64,000 bases of DNA from a virus: IMG/VR virus record IMGVR_UViG_3300031788_000007, positions 1 through 64,000 of that record; one strand, 5' to 3'. The notes under the pieces were generated by a model. The model was not told the DNA's origin and ran no database searches. It saw only the letters and a list, made by a program, of their open reading frames with translations. A program made the translations under genes and the position numbers. This document shows, piece by piece, positions 40,919 to 49,789 of this stretch. Positions within the stretch are counted from its first letter, which is position 1. The number at the start of each line of letters is the position of its first letter.

Positions 40919-41497
40919 ATGGGCAGACGCAAGGGATTTGGCAAGACCAAAGCGAAGAAGCTGCCTCCGTTCGAGTTGATCGACCACGAGGCAAAGCCGC
41001 AACTGGAACCCTACAAACTGTTGGCCGAGATCAGGAAGGCCCACCACCCGGACATCAAAGAGGCGAAGATTGTTCTCGCCTGGCAGAAGGGCATCAAGGC
41101 CGACAAAGACGGTCACGTAATGCTCGGGAAGTGCATCAAGATCGGCGACCTCCAGAAAGAGCTTGCCGACTGGGATTTTGTGATTACCCTCAACTTCGAG
41201 GTGTGGCAGTCGAGCGAGTGGACCCGCGAGAAGAAGCTGGCCCTACTCGACCACGAGTTGATGCACGCTGATGAGTCGCTCGACAAAGACGGTGAGCCCA
41301 AGGTAGACGCCAAAGGCCGGCGGCAGTGGCGGATTCGGAAGCATGACGTTGAGGAGTTTTCGGCCATCATCGAGCGCCACGGAATCTGGAAGCGCGACCT
41401 TCAGCGGTTCGCAGAAGCCATTATGAAGACGACACAGAAGACGCTGGAGTTCCCTCCCGTGGCGGCCGACGCCAGCGAGCAAGTGGTGGTGCAGTAG
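40919..41497 (+). CDS. putative phage metallopeptidase
   Basis: ALLDHELMH...KHDVEEF..IIERHG. Confidence 0.8.
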   Translation: MGRRKGFGKTKAKKLPPFELIDHEAKPQLEPYKLLAEIRKAHHPDIKEAKIVLAWQKGIKADKDGHVMLGKCIKIGDLQKELADWDFVITLNFEVWQSSEWTREKKLALLDHELMHADESLDKDGEPKVDAKGRRQWRIRKHDVEEFSAIIERHGIWKRDLQRFAEAIMKTTQKTLEFPPVAADASEQVVVQ

Positions 41498-41540
41498 GAA
41501 TTCAGATGAAAGTCTACCGGCACAGCGGTAGACTCTTCTC

Positions 41541-44500
41541 ATGGCAGACGCTCCGTACCAGACGCAAAACTTTTTGCTCAAGAGCCTTGGGGTAGTCGCC
41601 CGTCCGGCAGACGACGCGGTTGATCCTGGGCATTATTTGCAACTCGACAGCCTCGAAGAGATAGAAGAAAACTCTCTTGCAAGTCGCCTTGGAACCACGA
41701 TCTTAAACAAGGTCGGCACAGCCGCTATGCCTATAGCGGGGTCTTTTCTTATAGGAAATCCGAACGTCCATAGCCTCCAGAAACTCAGTTCTATTCCAGC
41801 GCAAGGCAACGTTTCTGGAGCGTGGCGGTATGCTTCCAGAGGTGCAAGGCTCTACCGTATAGCAGGATTGAATCCAGGCGCATATACGCTCCTCTCCGCT
41901 TCTCTTAACGGCCAGCCGTGGGGAAGCGCGGTCTATTCTCCGTCTGTGACCGGCTACCCTTACCTTTACATTGCCGACTTGAACGGAATGTTGAAGGATA
42001 ACGGTTCTTTGGCTGCTCCACAGAAAGCGGGGATATTCCAGCCGCAGTATCCCGTACAGGCGCAAGCGCAGCCGTTATCGGAGATTGTTCTTGACTCCTT
42101 TGTGGGTTCCACTTATGCGACTTCCGGAGTGGGGGCATTTACAGCAAACACCACAGTCAACACTTCGACAAGTGGTTCTGCGATCGCCGTGACCGGCTTG
42201 CAGGAAGTTGTGTTTGCAGCATCGTGGAGGGATTTGTTTCAATCTCTAATCTTCGATGTTGGAGGGGCAAATCAAGAAACAGTTCTAGTTTTGCAGGTTA
42301 CAGATACGGGATTTGTCGCCAACTTCACCAAGACTCACCTTACCGGGGTGACCGTCAATGAAGCGGGTTGGACGGGAACGGTTGCAACCTCGACCACGGC
42401 GACGGTGAGCAAGACGTTTGTGGGAACGCCGATTGCGGCGTGGCCGACGACACTGGACCCAGCAGACTACATCGGGCTTTCACTGTACGTTGGAGATCCG
42501 AACGCGATTCAGTCGATCACCCTTCAATTCAATACGGCGAACGGGGCCTACTTTTACAGGACAATCGGCCAGGGGCCGCTCCAGCAGGCATTGAACGCCC
42601 AGACCGACAGTTCTACGGCCGCCGAGACTGCGGTGTTGACCGACACTCTCGGGGTGTACACGCCGGCCTCGGGAGGAGTGACTTCACTTAACACGGTCCC
42701 AGGTTGGACCCCATTTCTGGTGCAGTTGGAAAGTTTTTCGGGAGCAGGAGGAGCGGACTTCAATGATCCTGTGACGAACTGGCAGAACGTCACGGGCTAC
42801 CAGATAACGATTGTGACTGGGGCCGGGATAGCGACCACCTCATTTCCCATCACGATCAAAGCGGGGTCTTTGCTGCTTCTTGGCGGGGCCGGTCCAGACA
42901 CCTTTGCCGGAGTGGCCTACGATTATCTCGTCACCTACTTCAACATCAACGACTACACGGAATCCAACCCGTCGATGTCGATGACGAATGTAAATCCTCC
43001 ATCGAACACGAACTGGGTCTACCCGCGGCGCCAGCCTGTGCTGTTGACGATCACGAATGGAAGTTCCGACACTCAGATCACTCACCTTCGGATTTACCGC
43101 AGAGGAGGGACACTCGGAGACAACTACCGCAGGATCGACCAAGTGCCGTTGACGGCCGGCACAGGAGGGACTCAGACCTACCTCGACATCTGGAGTGACG
43201 CGGACATCCAGCAGGCGGATGTAGTCAGTTTCACCAATGATGTTCCAGTCACATCTCCGCTTCCCGTTCCGATGAATAACACTCTCGGATCGGCTATCGT
43301 CACCACGAATGGGGTTGTGACGGTAGTCTTGACGAATCAATACGACACATTGACGGGTGGTTTCACTGTTCCCTTATGGGTCGGACAACAGGTGAATATC
43401 GGAAATGTGGTGGCCGCGAATTTCGAGACGGTGATCGTTCTGACTGTTACCCGTGTAGGAATTTTAGGGAGGTTCATTACAGGGTTCACAGCATTTGTGC
43501 AGAACACTCACGCATTGAATGAACCTCTTTCCGCTACAGCGAAGTATGGACAGCCGTTCAACATCATGGCCGTGGCGTTCGATCAGGGGTGGTATGCAGG
43601 CGACTATCAGAATCCCTCATATCTGTACTGGACCCCCAAGGGGAATTTACAGGCGGTAAGCAGCGCATCCTACGAGCCGGTGAGCAGCCCAGGCGATGGC
43701 ATTACAGCGATCGTGGGGACGGCGGCCAATCTATTTGTGAGCACATTGCAGAGATGGTGGTCGGTGGCGCCAGGCAGCAACGTCAACTCTAGCCCGACAA
43801 TCTATCCGACCAATGTAGATCACGGTTGCGTAGGGCCGAGAGCGTGGACGCTGAAAGATGGAACGGTATTCTATCTTGGGTTAGATGGACTCCGCACGAT
43901 GCGTGGAGGTGGAGGGGAGTACATCTCTGAAATCATCGAGTTCGTATGGCAGAACACAGGGCCGACGCCTATTCCGATTGCAGACCCAACGCAGTTTGCG
44001 ACCGTGCAGGCGAGTTGGTGGAATCGGTGGGTGTTCTTCAGCTACATCGCCCTCGACGGGAACCGGCACAGAATCATTCTTGATGTGGACAACAAGCGGT
44101 ATCGCTGTGATGACCTCGATGCCCATAGCATGTTCTTAGAGGAGGATACCGGGACTCTGGTTTGGGGAGACTCTCAAGGGCTTATCCACCTCGACCGGCA
44201 GCTTGTCCAGTACGACGAAACGAACGTGGCCGGAACGGTGACGCAGAGCCCAATAGCGTTCACACTGCAAACACCATACGGGAACCAGGGGATGCCGGAG
44301 GTCCAGAAGCAGTACCAGGAGTTCACGCTGGACTGCAACACAAACGGAAATCCAGTTGGAGTGACTCTTTCGTTTGACGATGGAGAAACGACGGAATTCA
44401 TTGGGACTGTGACGACGACCGTGAGGGAGAGAATCAATCTCAACATCAACAACGGGGAAGGTTTTCAAGCGTACAAGGCGTCCTTGCTGTTGACGGGATC

Positions 44501-44888
44501 GGGAATAACTCGCATCTACCTATTCCAAGCGAAGTTGAAGTACCTGCCGCTGGCGATGACGCGGCAGAGCCTTGACACGTATTGGCTTCGGTTTGGAACC
44601 GACGAGAGCAAGATCTGCAAGCAGGCTTACTTCGAGTACAACGCGGGAGCGGTCATCAGCGGAGCGGTCTACTACGATGACAGCCCTACGGTCGGATTTC
44701 CGTTTACATTGCCACAGTATTCTGGAATCAGAAACCCGCTTCGGGTTCGGTTTCCTGCCGTAAAATTCAGGATGATGCGCTGTATTCTCACGAGCGCGGC
44801 AGACTTCCAAGTGTGGAATGAGAGTAACTTTGAAGTAAAGCCGCTGTGCCAGGGGAAGGGATACGCTAAGTTCCCGATGATGCCGTAA
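41541..44888 (+). CDS. tail hub/nozzle (P22 gp10 / T7 gp12-like) with inserted beta domains
   Basis: 1115 aa, T/G/V-rich; IYRRGG, YLYWT..GCVGP...FYLGLDG beta-propeller pattern; precedes ejection genes. Confidence 0.7.
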   Translation: MADAPYQTQNFLLKSLGVVARPADDAVDPGHYLQLDSLEEIEENSLASRLGTTILNKVGTAAMPIAGSFLIGNPNVHSLQKLSSIPAQGNVSGAWRYASRGARLYRIAGLNPGAYTLLSASLNGQPWGSAVYSPSVTGYPYLYIADLNGMLKDNGSLAAPQKAGIFQPQYPVQAQAQPLSEIVLDSFVGSTYATSGVGAFTANTTVNTSTSGSAIAVTGLQEVVFAASWRDLFQSLIFDVGGANQETVLVLQVTDTGFVANFTKTHLTGVTVNEAGWTGTVATSTTATVSKTFVGTPIAAWPTTLDPADYIGLSLYVGDPNAIQSITLQFNTANGAYFYRTIGQGPLQQALNAQTDSSTAAETAVLTDTLGVYTPASGGVTSLNTVPGWTPFLVQLESFSGAGGADFNDPVTNWQNVTGYQITIVTGAGIATTSFPITIKAGSLLLLGGAGPDTFAGVAYDYLVTYFNINDYTESNPSMSMTNVNPPSNTNWVYPRRQPVLLTITNGSSDTQITHLRIYRRGGTLGDNYRRIDQVPLTAGTGGTQTYLDIWSDADIQQADVVSFTNDVPVTSPLPVPMNNTLGSAIVTTNGVVTVVLTNQYDTLTGGFTVPLWVGQQVNIGNVVAANFETVIVLTVTRVGILGRFITGFTAFVQNTHALNEPLSATAKYGQPFNIMAVAFDQGWYAGDYQNPSYLYWTPKGNLQAVSSASYEPVSSPGDGITAIVGTAANLFVSTLQRWWSVAPGSNVNSSPTIYPTNVDHGCVGPRAWTLKDGTVFYLGLDGLRTMRGGGGEYISEIIEFVWQNTGPTPIPIADPTQFATVQASWWNRWVFFSYIALDGNRHRIILDVDNKRYRCDDLDAHSMFLEEDTGTLVWGDSQGLIHLDRQLVQYDETNVAGTVTQSPIAFTLQTPYGNQGMPEVQKQYQEFTLDCNTNGNPVGVTLSFDDGETTEFIGTVTTTVRERINLNINNGEGFQAYKASLLLTGSGITRIYLFQAKLKYLPLAMTRQSLDTYWLRFGTDESKICKQAYFEYNAGAVISGAVYYDDSPTVGFPFTLPQYSGIRNPLRVRFPAVKFRMMRCILTSAADFQVWNESNFEVKPLCQGKGYAKFPMMP

Positions 44889-44981
44889 ATGATTGTTGTG
44901 GATAGGGAGGTTCGGAGGTATACTGAGGGTGTCGGGAGTGCGAATCCCGGCCAAGCCTAATCGCTACTGGAGGTAGCAACC

Positions 44982-46124
44982 ATGACACCCTCAAACATCA
45001 ATTTAACACCTTTCACAAAACTGTGCCGCAAGGGTCTTCACGAGTACGACGCAACCAAGAAGCTCTGTCCTGAATGTTCCCGAGCCACAAAAGCATCTTG
45101 TCAATTGAGGAACAGAGAAAGATATGTAAAAGCCAACAGCGATAGATACTATTCAAACTATGAACGAAGCAAGGCAGAACATGCGGAATATAGGAAGAAG
45201 AATAGAGAGAAAATCAACGCAAGGCAACTAAAATCTTATCATGAGAACTTAGAGCTAAGGAGAAAACAATCAGCTAAGTATTGCCAGAAAAACAGGGAAC
45301 TGGCGGTGTGGAGAGCGATGGTTCTGCGCTGCACGGATACTAAAAATAAACAATATGAGGATTACGGAGCCAGGGGAATCAATGTTCACAGCGAATGGCT
45401 TGGAGAGAATGGGTATAAGGTTTTTCTCCGAGATATGGGGAAGAGACCAAGCGACAAACATACTCTCGACCGGAAGAATAACGATTTAGGGTACACCCCA
45501 GACAACTGCCGGTGGGTTTTGCCTATAGTCCAAGGAAGGAACAAAAGAAACAATCACCTTATCGAGTACAACGGAAAAACTCAATGCTTGTCTGCGTGGG
45601 CAGGGGAAGTCGGTGTGGGTTCTTCTACTCTGGCAAGGAGAATAACCTTCTGGGGTATAGATAGAGCCATGACCCAGAAACCGCGAATTGTGAACCAAGG
45701 GTTTCACCGTCAACTATGCGACCGAGGCGCAGCATGGTTACGCGACGAGAAATCGTGCCATACAGTCTTTACCGAGTGCGCCCGTAACGTGGACGAAAAA
45801 CCCGACGCAATTGGATGGAGTGGTGAATCTACGTACCTCGTTGAATGTAAGACAACGCGTACCAACTTCTTCGACGATGCCAAGAAAAAGATGAGGTTAC
45901 ACCCAGATAGAGGTGTCGGTTTATTCAGGTACTATCTAGTCCCAAAAGGCATGGTTCTACCAAAAGACGTTCCTGAAAAATGGGGACTCCTGTACGATGG
46001 AGATGTAGTGCAAATAGTCAAAGAGGCTGTTCGGTTCGATGTGAGAAATATCGAAGCAGAGACGCACATTCTTTCTCCGCGGCCTGGAAGGTGGAAAAAT
46101 GGGGCAAACAAATCAACTCCCTAA
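44982..46124 (+). CDS. HNH-type endonuclease fused to an MmcB-like PD-(D/E)xK domain
   Basis: YGARGINV..W, LDRKNND.GY.PDNCRW; then PDAIGW...LVECKTTR..F..D, RYYLVP, WGLL. Confidence 0.75.
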   Translation: MTPSNINLTPFTKLCRKGLHEYDATKKLCPECSRATKASCQLRNRERYVKANSDRYYSNYERSKAEHAEYRKKNREKINARQLKSYHENLELRRKQSAKYCQKNRELAVWRAMVLRCTDTKNKQYEDYGARGINVHSEWLGENGYKVFLRDMGKRPSDKHTLDRKNNDLGYTPDNCRWVLPIVQGRNKRNNHLIEYNGKTQCLSAWAGEVGVGSSTLARRITFWGIDRAMTQKPRIVNQGFHRQLCDRGAAWLRDEKSCHTVFTECARNVDEKPDAIGWSGESTYLVECKTTRTNFFDDAKKKMRLHPDRGVGLFRYYLVPKGMVLPKDVPEKWGLLYDGDVVQIVKEAVRFDVRNIEAETHILSPRPGRWKNGANKSTP

Positions 46125-46515
46125 ACCGACATTCATTGGAATTACGCAGGATCATCAACGATTTCTTAGCCAACTGACCGACGCGACGAACACCTTGCTT
46201 GGGTACAACGGCACGATCCCGATGGTCAACACGCTCGATCTCAACAACAACCCCATTCAAAACGTAGCCGCTCCGGTAGCGCCCACAGATGCCTTGAACC
46301 TCGGGACGGCGGAAGCTAAATACGCTCCATCAGTGACCGGCCCTCAGTTGGATGTGGGAGGGTCGAACTCGTTGAAGGGGGTGACGTACCTCTACACTTG
46401 GAAGAACAAGGGTTTGAGCGTAACGATCACGACGGCGAAGCTGACGGGCGGGGGGACGAACGGGAGTATGACCTTCACTGCGGGCCTCTTGACCGCGCAG
46501 GTCCAAGCCACTTAG
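46099..46515 (+). CDS. small tail/needle-like structural protein
   Basis: LDLNNNPIQNVAAPVAPTDA repeat typical of tail fibres. Confidence 0.6.
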   Translation: MGQTNQLPKPTFIGITQDHQRFLSQLTDATNTLLGYNGTIPMVNTLDLNNNPIQNVAAPVAPTDALNLGTAEAKYAPSVTGPQLDVGGSNSLKGVTYLYTWKNKGLSVTITTAKLTGGGTNGSMTFTAGLLTAQVQAT

Positions 46516-46561
46516 GAGTATGCTGTTGTGGGGAGTCCAAAATTTGGACTGAGGAGGGGAT

Positions 46562-47365
46562 ATGGGGACAGCAACATCATTGACTCTGGATATGCTCAAG
46601 GTGATGACGCCAGATAAAGGTCTGGTGTCGGTCGGCGAGGGGCCTTGGGGAGAGATTTACGCCGATTACCTGAAGAACGCCGGAAACAGGAACATTGTTT
46701 GGAAGCGTCGGCAATTGGGTATGACGACGTTCTCTCTGGCGCGAGGGTTCTTGAAGGCCGCCGAAGGGAAGACCTGCATCATCGTTGCCCATCAGTTTGC
46801 TGGAGCGGATTACCTTTGGGATATGGTGGAGACATTCATCGCTAACCTTCCTGCTCCACTGCCGATCAAGTGGAAGAATAGTCAGAAGCGCTATTTTGGA
46901 TTGGATGGGCGCTTCCCAGCGCAATTCCAAATTGGTCACTTGATGATGGCTGGATTTGGATTAGGAATGAATGTAGACTTTGTTCACTTGCAAGAGTTTG
47001 CATGGTGGCCGAGGCGCGATCAGGAGAGGGTGTGGCAGGCTTTGGCTCCATGTCTAAAACCAGACGCCGAGGTAATCATTGAATCCGCTCCAAAAGAAGA
47101 AGATAACGGACTGTTTGACGAAATATGGAAAGGAGCACCCGCATACGGATTCACCCGTCACTTCTTCCCGTGGTGGAGGGATTCTCGTTACGTTGCCGAG
47201 CCCGTCGATCCTAAGAGTCTGAAGAAGGCCGAGAAGGAATTGATTGACGATCATGGATTGACGCTGGAGCAAATCGGCTGGAGGCGCAAGCAGTGTGACA
47301 GATTCATGGAACTCTACGGAAGTGAGAAGATGTTCAAGATGGAGTACAGTGAATCGGTCCAGTAA
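46562..47365 (+). CDS. stand-alone, degenerate terminase ATPase domain
   Basis: WKRRQLGMTT, IIVAH, HLQEFAWW, IIESAP, FFPWW, WRRKQ, MFKMEYS collinear with TerL N-half. Confidence 0.85.
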   Translation: MGTATSLTLDMLKVMTPDKGLVSVGEGPWGEIYADYLKNAGNRNIVWKRRQLGMTTFSLARGFLKAAEGKTCIIVAHQFAGADYLWDMVETFIANLPAPLPIKWKNSQKRYFGLDGRFPAQFQIGHLMMAGFGLGMNVDFVHLQEFAWWPRRDQERVWQALAPCLKPDAEVIIESAPKEEDNGLFDEIWKGAPAYGFTRHFFPWWRDSRYVAEPVDPKSLKKAEKELIDDHGLTLEQIGWRRKQCDRFMELYGSEKMFKMEYSESVQ

Positions 47366-47381
47366 GAAGAGGGGGTAAGGG

Positions 47382-47984
47382 ATGTACGGATGGGGATGGT
47401 ACGGAACGAAAAGTCTTCAAGTGGTTCCTGTAATGAAGGGGACGCCATGCTTTCTCGACGGCATGATGAGCCACTTGTATTACGAGACGAAGCGGCTTGG
47501 TAAAATCCGGCAAACATTCTGTGGAGACGAGTTCTCGCATGACCACTTCATAGCCTACTTCGAGGCTCTGAAAACCGCTCAAGTTCTCTGCCGGGTGACC
47601 GATGAGGGGAAGTTGATTCCGGTCGGATACAGTTGGGTGAGCAATCCGCGAGGGGTAGACGGAGGCCGGGCCGCGCAGTGCGGGTTCTGCTTCTTGGAGG
47701 ACGGCAGTTCGGGGAAGTCGAGCGCAAGGGACTTGGCGAGATTGGCTGTAGCGTATGCTTTCGAGGATTTGCGGATTGACACAATCCACGGCGTCCAGGT
47801 CATCGACAACATCGCGGCCAGAAACTTCTCCATGCGGCTCGGCTTCAAGCCGGTAGCGGTGGTCCCTGATTACCATGCCATCGACGGCAAGTTGGTAGCG
47901 GCTCAGGTGATGATGCTCAGGAAAGCCGATTTTTGGCCTGGGTTTGTGGCGTGGAAAGAAAAGCAGCCGAAGGTGGGCGAGTGA
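47382..47984 (+). CDS. GNAT-family acetyltransferase-like virion-module protein
   Basis: AYAFEDL..., N.AARNF..RLGF motif; syntenic with P22-like gp14. Confidence 0.7.
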   Translation: MYGWGWYGTKSLQVVPVMKGTPCFLDGMMSHLYYETKRLGKIRQTFCGDEFSHDHFIAYFEALKTAQVLCRVTDEGKLIPVGYSWVSNPRGVDGGRAAQCGFCFLEDGSSGKSSARDLARLAVAYAFEDLRIDTIHGVQVIDNIAARNFSMRLGFKPVAVVPDYHAIDGKLVAAQVMMLRKADFWPGFVAWKEKQPKVGE

Positions 47985-48222
47985 ACACGATCGAAGAGAA
48001 TCTTGACGAGAAGACGAAGGCCGCCTTGAAGGCGTTTCGAGAAAGTCTTTGCGCAGCGGCGAAGAAGGCGTATTCTGATTCCAGCATCGGAGCGAAGGGC
48101 GACTTCTCACCTACTCGGATTGAACATCCAAACGGAGCCAGCCCTTCCGATGTTTCTGACAATCATTAAAATCCAGTAGAAAACTTCGCACAGGTGTCGT
48201 ACCCTCCCTGTAGGAGTGCCGC

Positions 48223-48999
48223 GTGTCGAAACCTGTAAGTAGTGCCGGTGCAGAAGTGGCGCAGGACAACCTCGCTAATCAAATGGCCGCTACGGGGGCC
48301 TCAATGACGGCGGAGAACCAGCAACTCTTTGGAATGGCTCTCCCCGGCCTCCAGCAAGCGGAGACGTACTACGGGACGCTGGCCTCTGGCGATCCGAACG
48401 CTTTAGCAAGGGCGAACGCTCCAGCGATTCAGGCGCTCACGAAGTCTACAGACTCAGCCAAGAAAAACATTATGCAAGACAATCCGAGAGGAGGGGAACG
48501 GAACCTCGCCCTTGAGGAAGCGGATTTGTCGAAGGGCGCCCAGATCGGGCAACTGGAGACGGGATCGTATCTTTCATCCTTCGGTTCACTGGCGAGTCTG
48601 GGTGGTCAGAACGTCGGGCAGGGGACATCGGCAGCTTCGAGCGGGTTGCAGGGAATGAACGCGGCGGCGAACCAGTACGGAAACATTCAGCAGATCAATG
48701 CAGCGAACAAGGCGCAGACGATGGGCACGGTTTCTGATTTTGCCGGGATGGCGATGGAAGGTGCGGCGATGTGCTGGGTGGCGGCTGAGTTGTTCGGTGG
48801 CTGGACTGACCGTAGGACGCACATGGTCCGGTACTGGCTCAAGAACGTGTACTCGAAGACTCTCATCGGGTCGATATTCTGCCGGCTGTATCGGCGGTAC
48901 GGGGAGTGGACTGCCAAGCAGGTACGGACTTACAGGCCGGTTCGGTTCGCGGTCAAGCCGATCTTTGACCACTTTTTGATGGAATCTCAAACAATATGA
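48223..48999 (+). CDS. DNA ejection (pilot) protein with C-terminal CWVA domain
   Basis: A/G/Q/N-rich helical body; CWVAAELFG...LYRRYGE tail. Confidence 0.65.
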   Translation: MSKPVSSAGAEVAQDNLANQMAATGASMTAENQQLFGMALPGLQQAETYYGTLASGDPNALARANAPAIQALTKSTDSAKKNIMQDNPRGGERNLALEEADLSKGAQIGQLETGSYLSSFGSLASLGGQNVGQGTSAASSGLQGMNAAANQYGNIQQINAANKAQTMGTVSDFAGMAMEGAAMCWVAAELFGGWTDRRTHMVRYWLKNVYSKTLIGSIFCRLYRRYGEWTAKQVRTYRPVRFAVKPIFDHFLMESQTI

Positions 49000-49006
49000 G
49001 GAGGAA

Positions 49007-49765
49007 GTGATGGGTAAAGAGAAATACGAACCGATCAACACCGCAAGAGAAGATCAAAAGACTATCACCTTTGTGTGCTCTTGCTGCGGTTCCCTCGTCA
49101 GGTCGGACTACACAGACGCACACGACAGGAAATGCGGGACGCCTGCGGAAAAGGGGATGGATGTGGTGTCAAATATGACTACCAAAGTTCTCGAATTAGT
49201 TGATGAGAGGAGAAAATCGGCTCCATCTCCGATACAAATATGGAGATTCCCTGAACCTGGGAAGTCCTATATTTTAGCGGCTGATCCCTGTACGGGGAGC
49301 GAGGGAGGAGACAATGCGGCGATTGAAGTGATCGACGCAGAGACGGGGGAGCAATGCGCCGAGTTTGCCGCAGTGGTTTCCCCGGAAGACTTAGCTCCCA
49401 TAATCCTTGATTTGGCGCAAAGGTACAACAGTGCGGAAGTGGCAGTCGAGGTGAACAGCGTCGGGCTGATTACAAACAACATCCTGATACGCCAATACGA
49501 GAACGTCTATCGCTATAAGCGCCTAGATAGGGTCAACCATACCGTGACCGATCTTATCGGTTGGTGGACGGACGTAAAAAAAACGAAGGCACTGATGGAA
49601 TCAGCATTCCGCGTAAGCGTTGAGAGGAATCCAAAACTGCTTAACAGCGCGGGCCTGATTGCCGAAATCCTTGCCTATGACGAGAATGGGTATGAGAAGA
49701 ATGATCGGTTCTCGGCGATGATGATTGCTCAAGCGGTTCGTGCCGAAAGAATGGTTACAGTCTAG
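49007..49765 (+). CDS. stand-alone terminase nuclease domain with N-terminal Cys knuckle
   Basis: YILAADPCTG..GGD, AVEVNS; 29/43 identical to TerL over AVEVNS...IGWWT. Confidence 0.9.
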   Translation: MMGKEKYEPINTAREDQKTITFVCSCCGSLVRSDYTDAHDRKCGTPAEKGMDVVSNMTTKVLELVDERRKSAPSPIQIWRFPEPGKSYILAADPCTGSEGGDNAAIEVIDAETGEQCAEFAAVVSPEDLAPIILDLAQRYNSAEVAVEVNSVGLITNNILIRQYENVYRYKRLDRVNHTVTDLIGWWTDVKKTKALMESAFRVSVERNPKLLNSAGLIAEILAYDENGYEKNDRFSAMMIAQAVRAERMVTV

Positions 49766-49789
49766 TCCAAATTTTGGACCGAGGGAATC

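Noticed and set aside
44931-44953. tRNA-like T-arm (GTGCGAATCCCGGCCA)
   Set aside because: No D-arm, anticodon arm or acceptor stem; just a hairpin
46562-49765. One terL pseudogene broken by frameshift or intron
   Set aside because: The halves have their own SDs and are separated by intact GNAT and ejection genes
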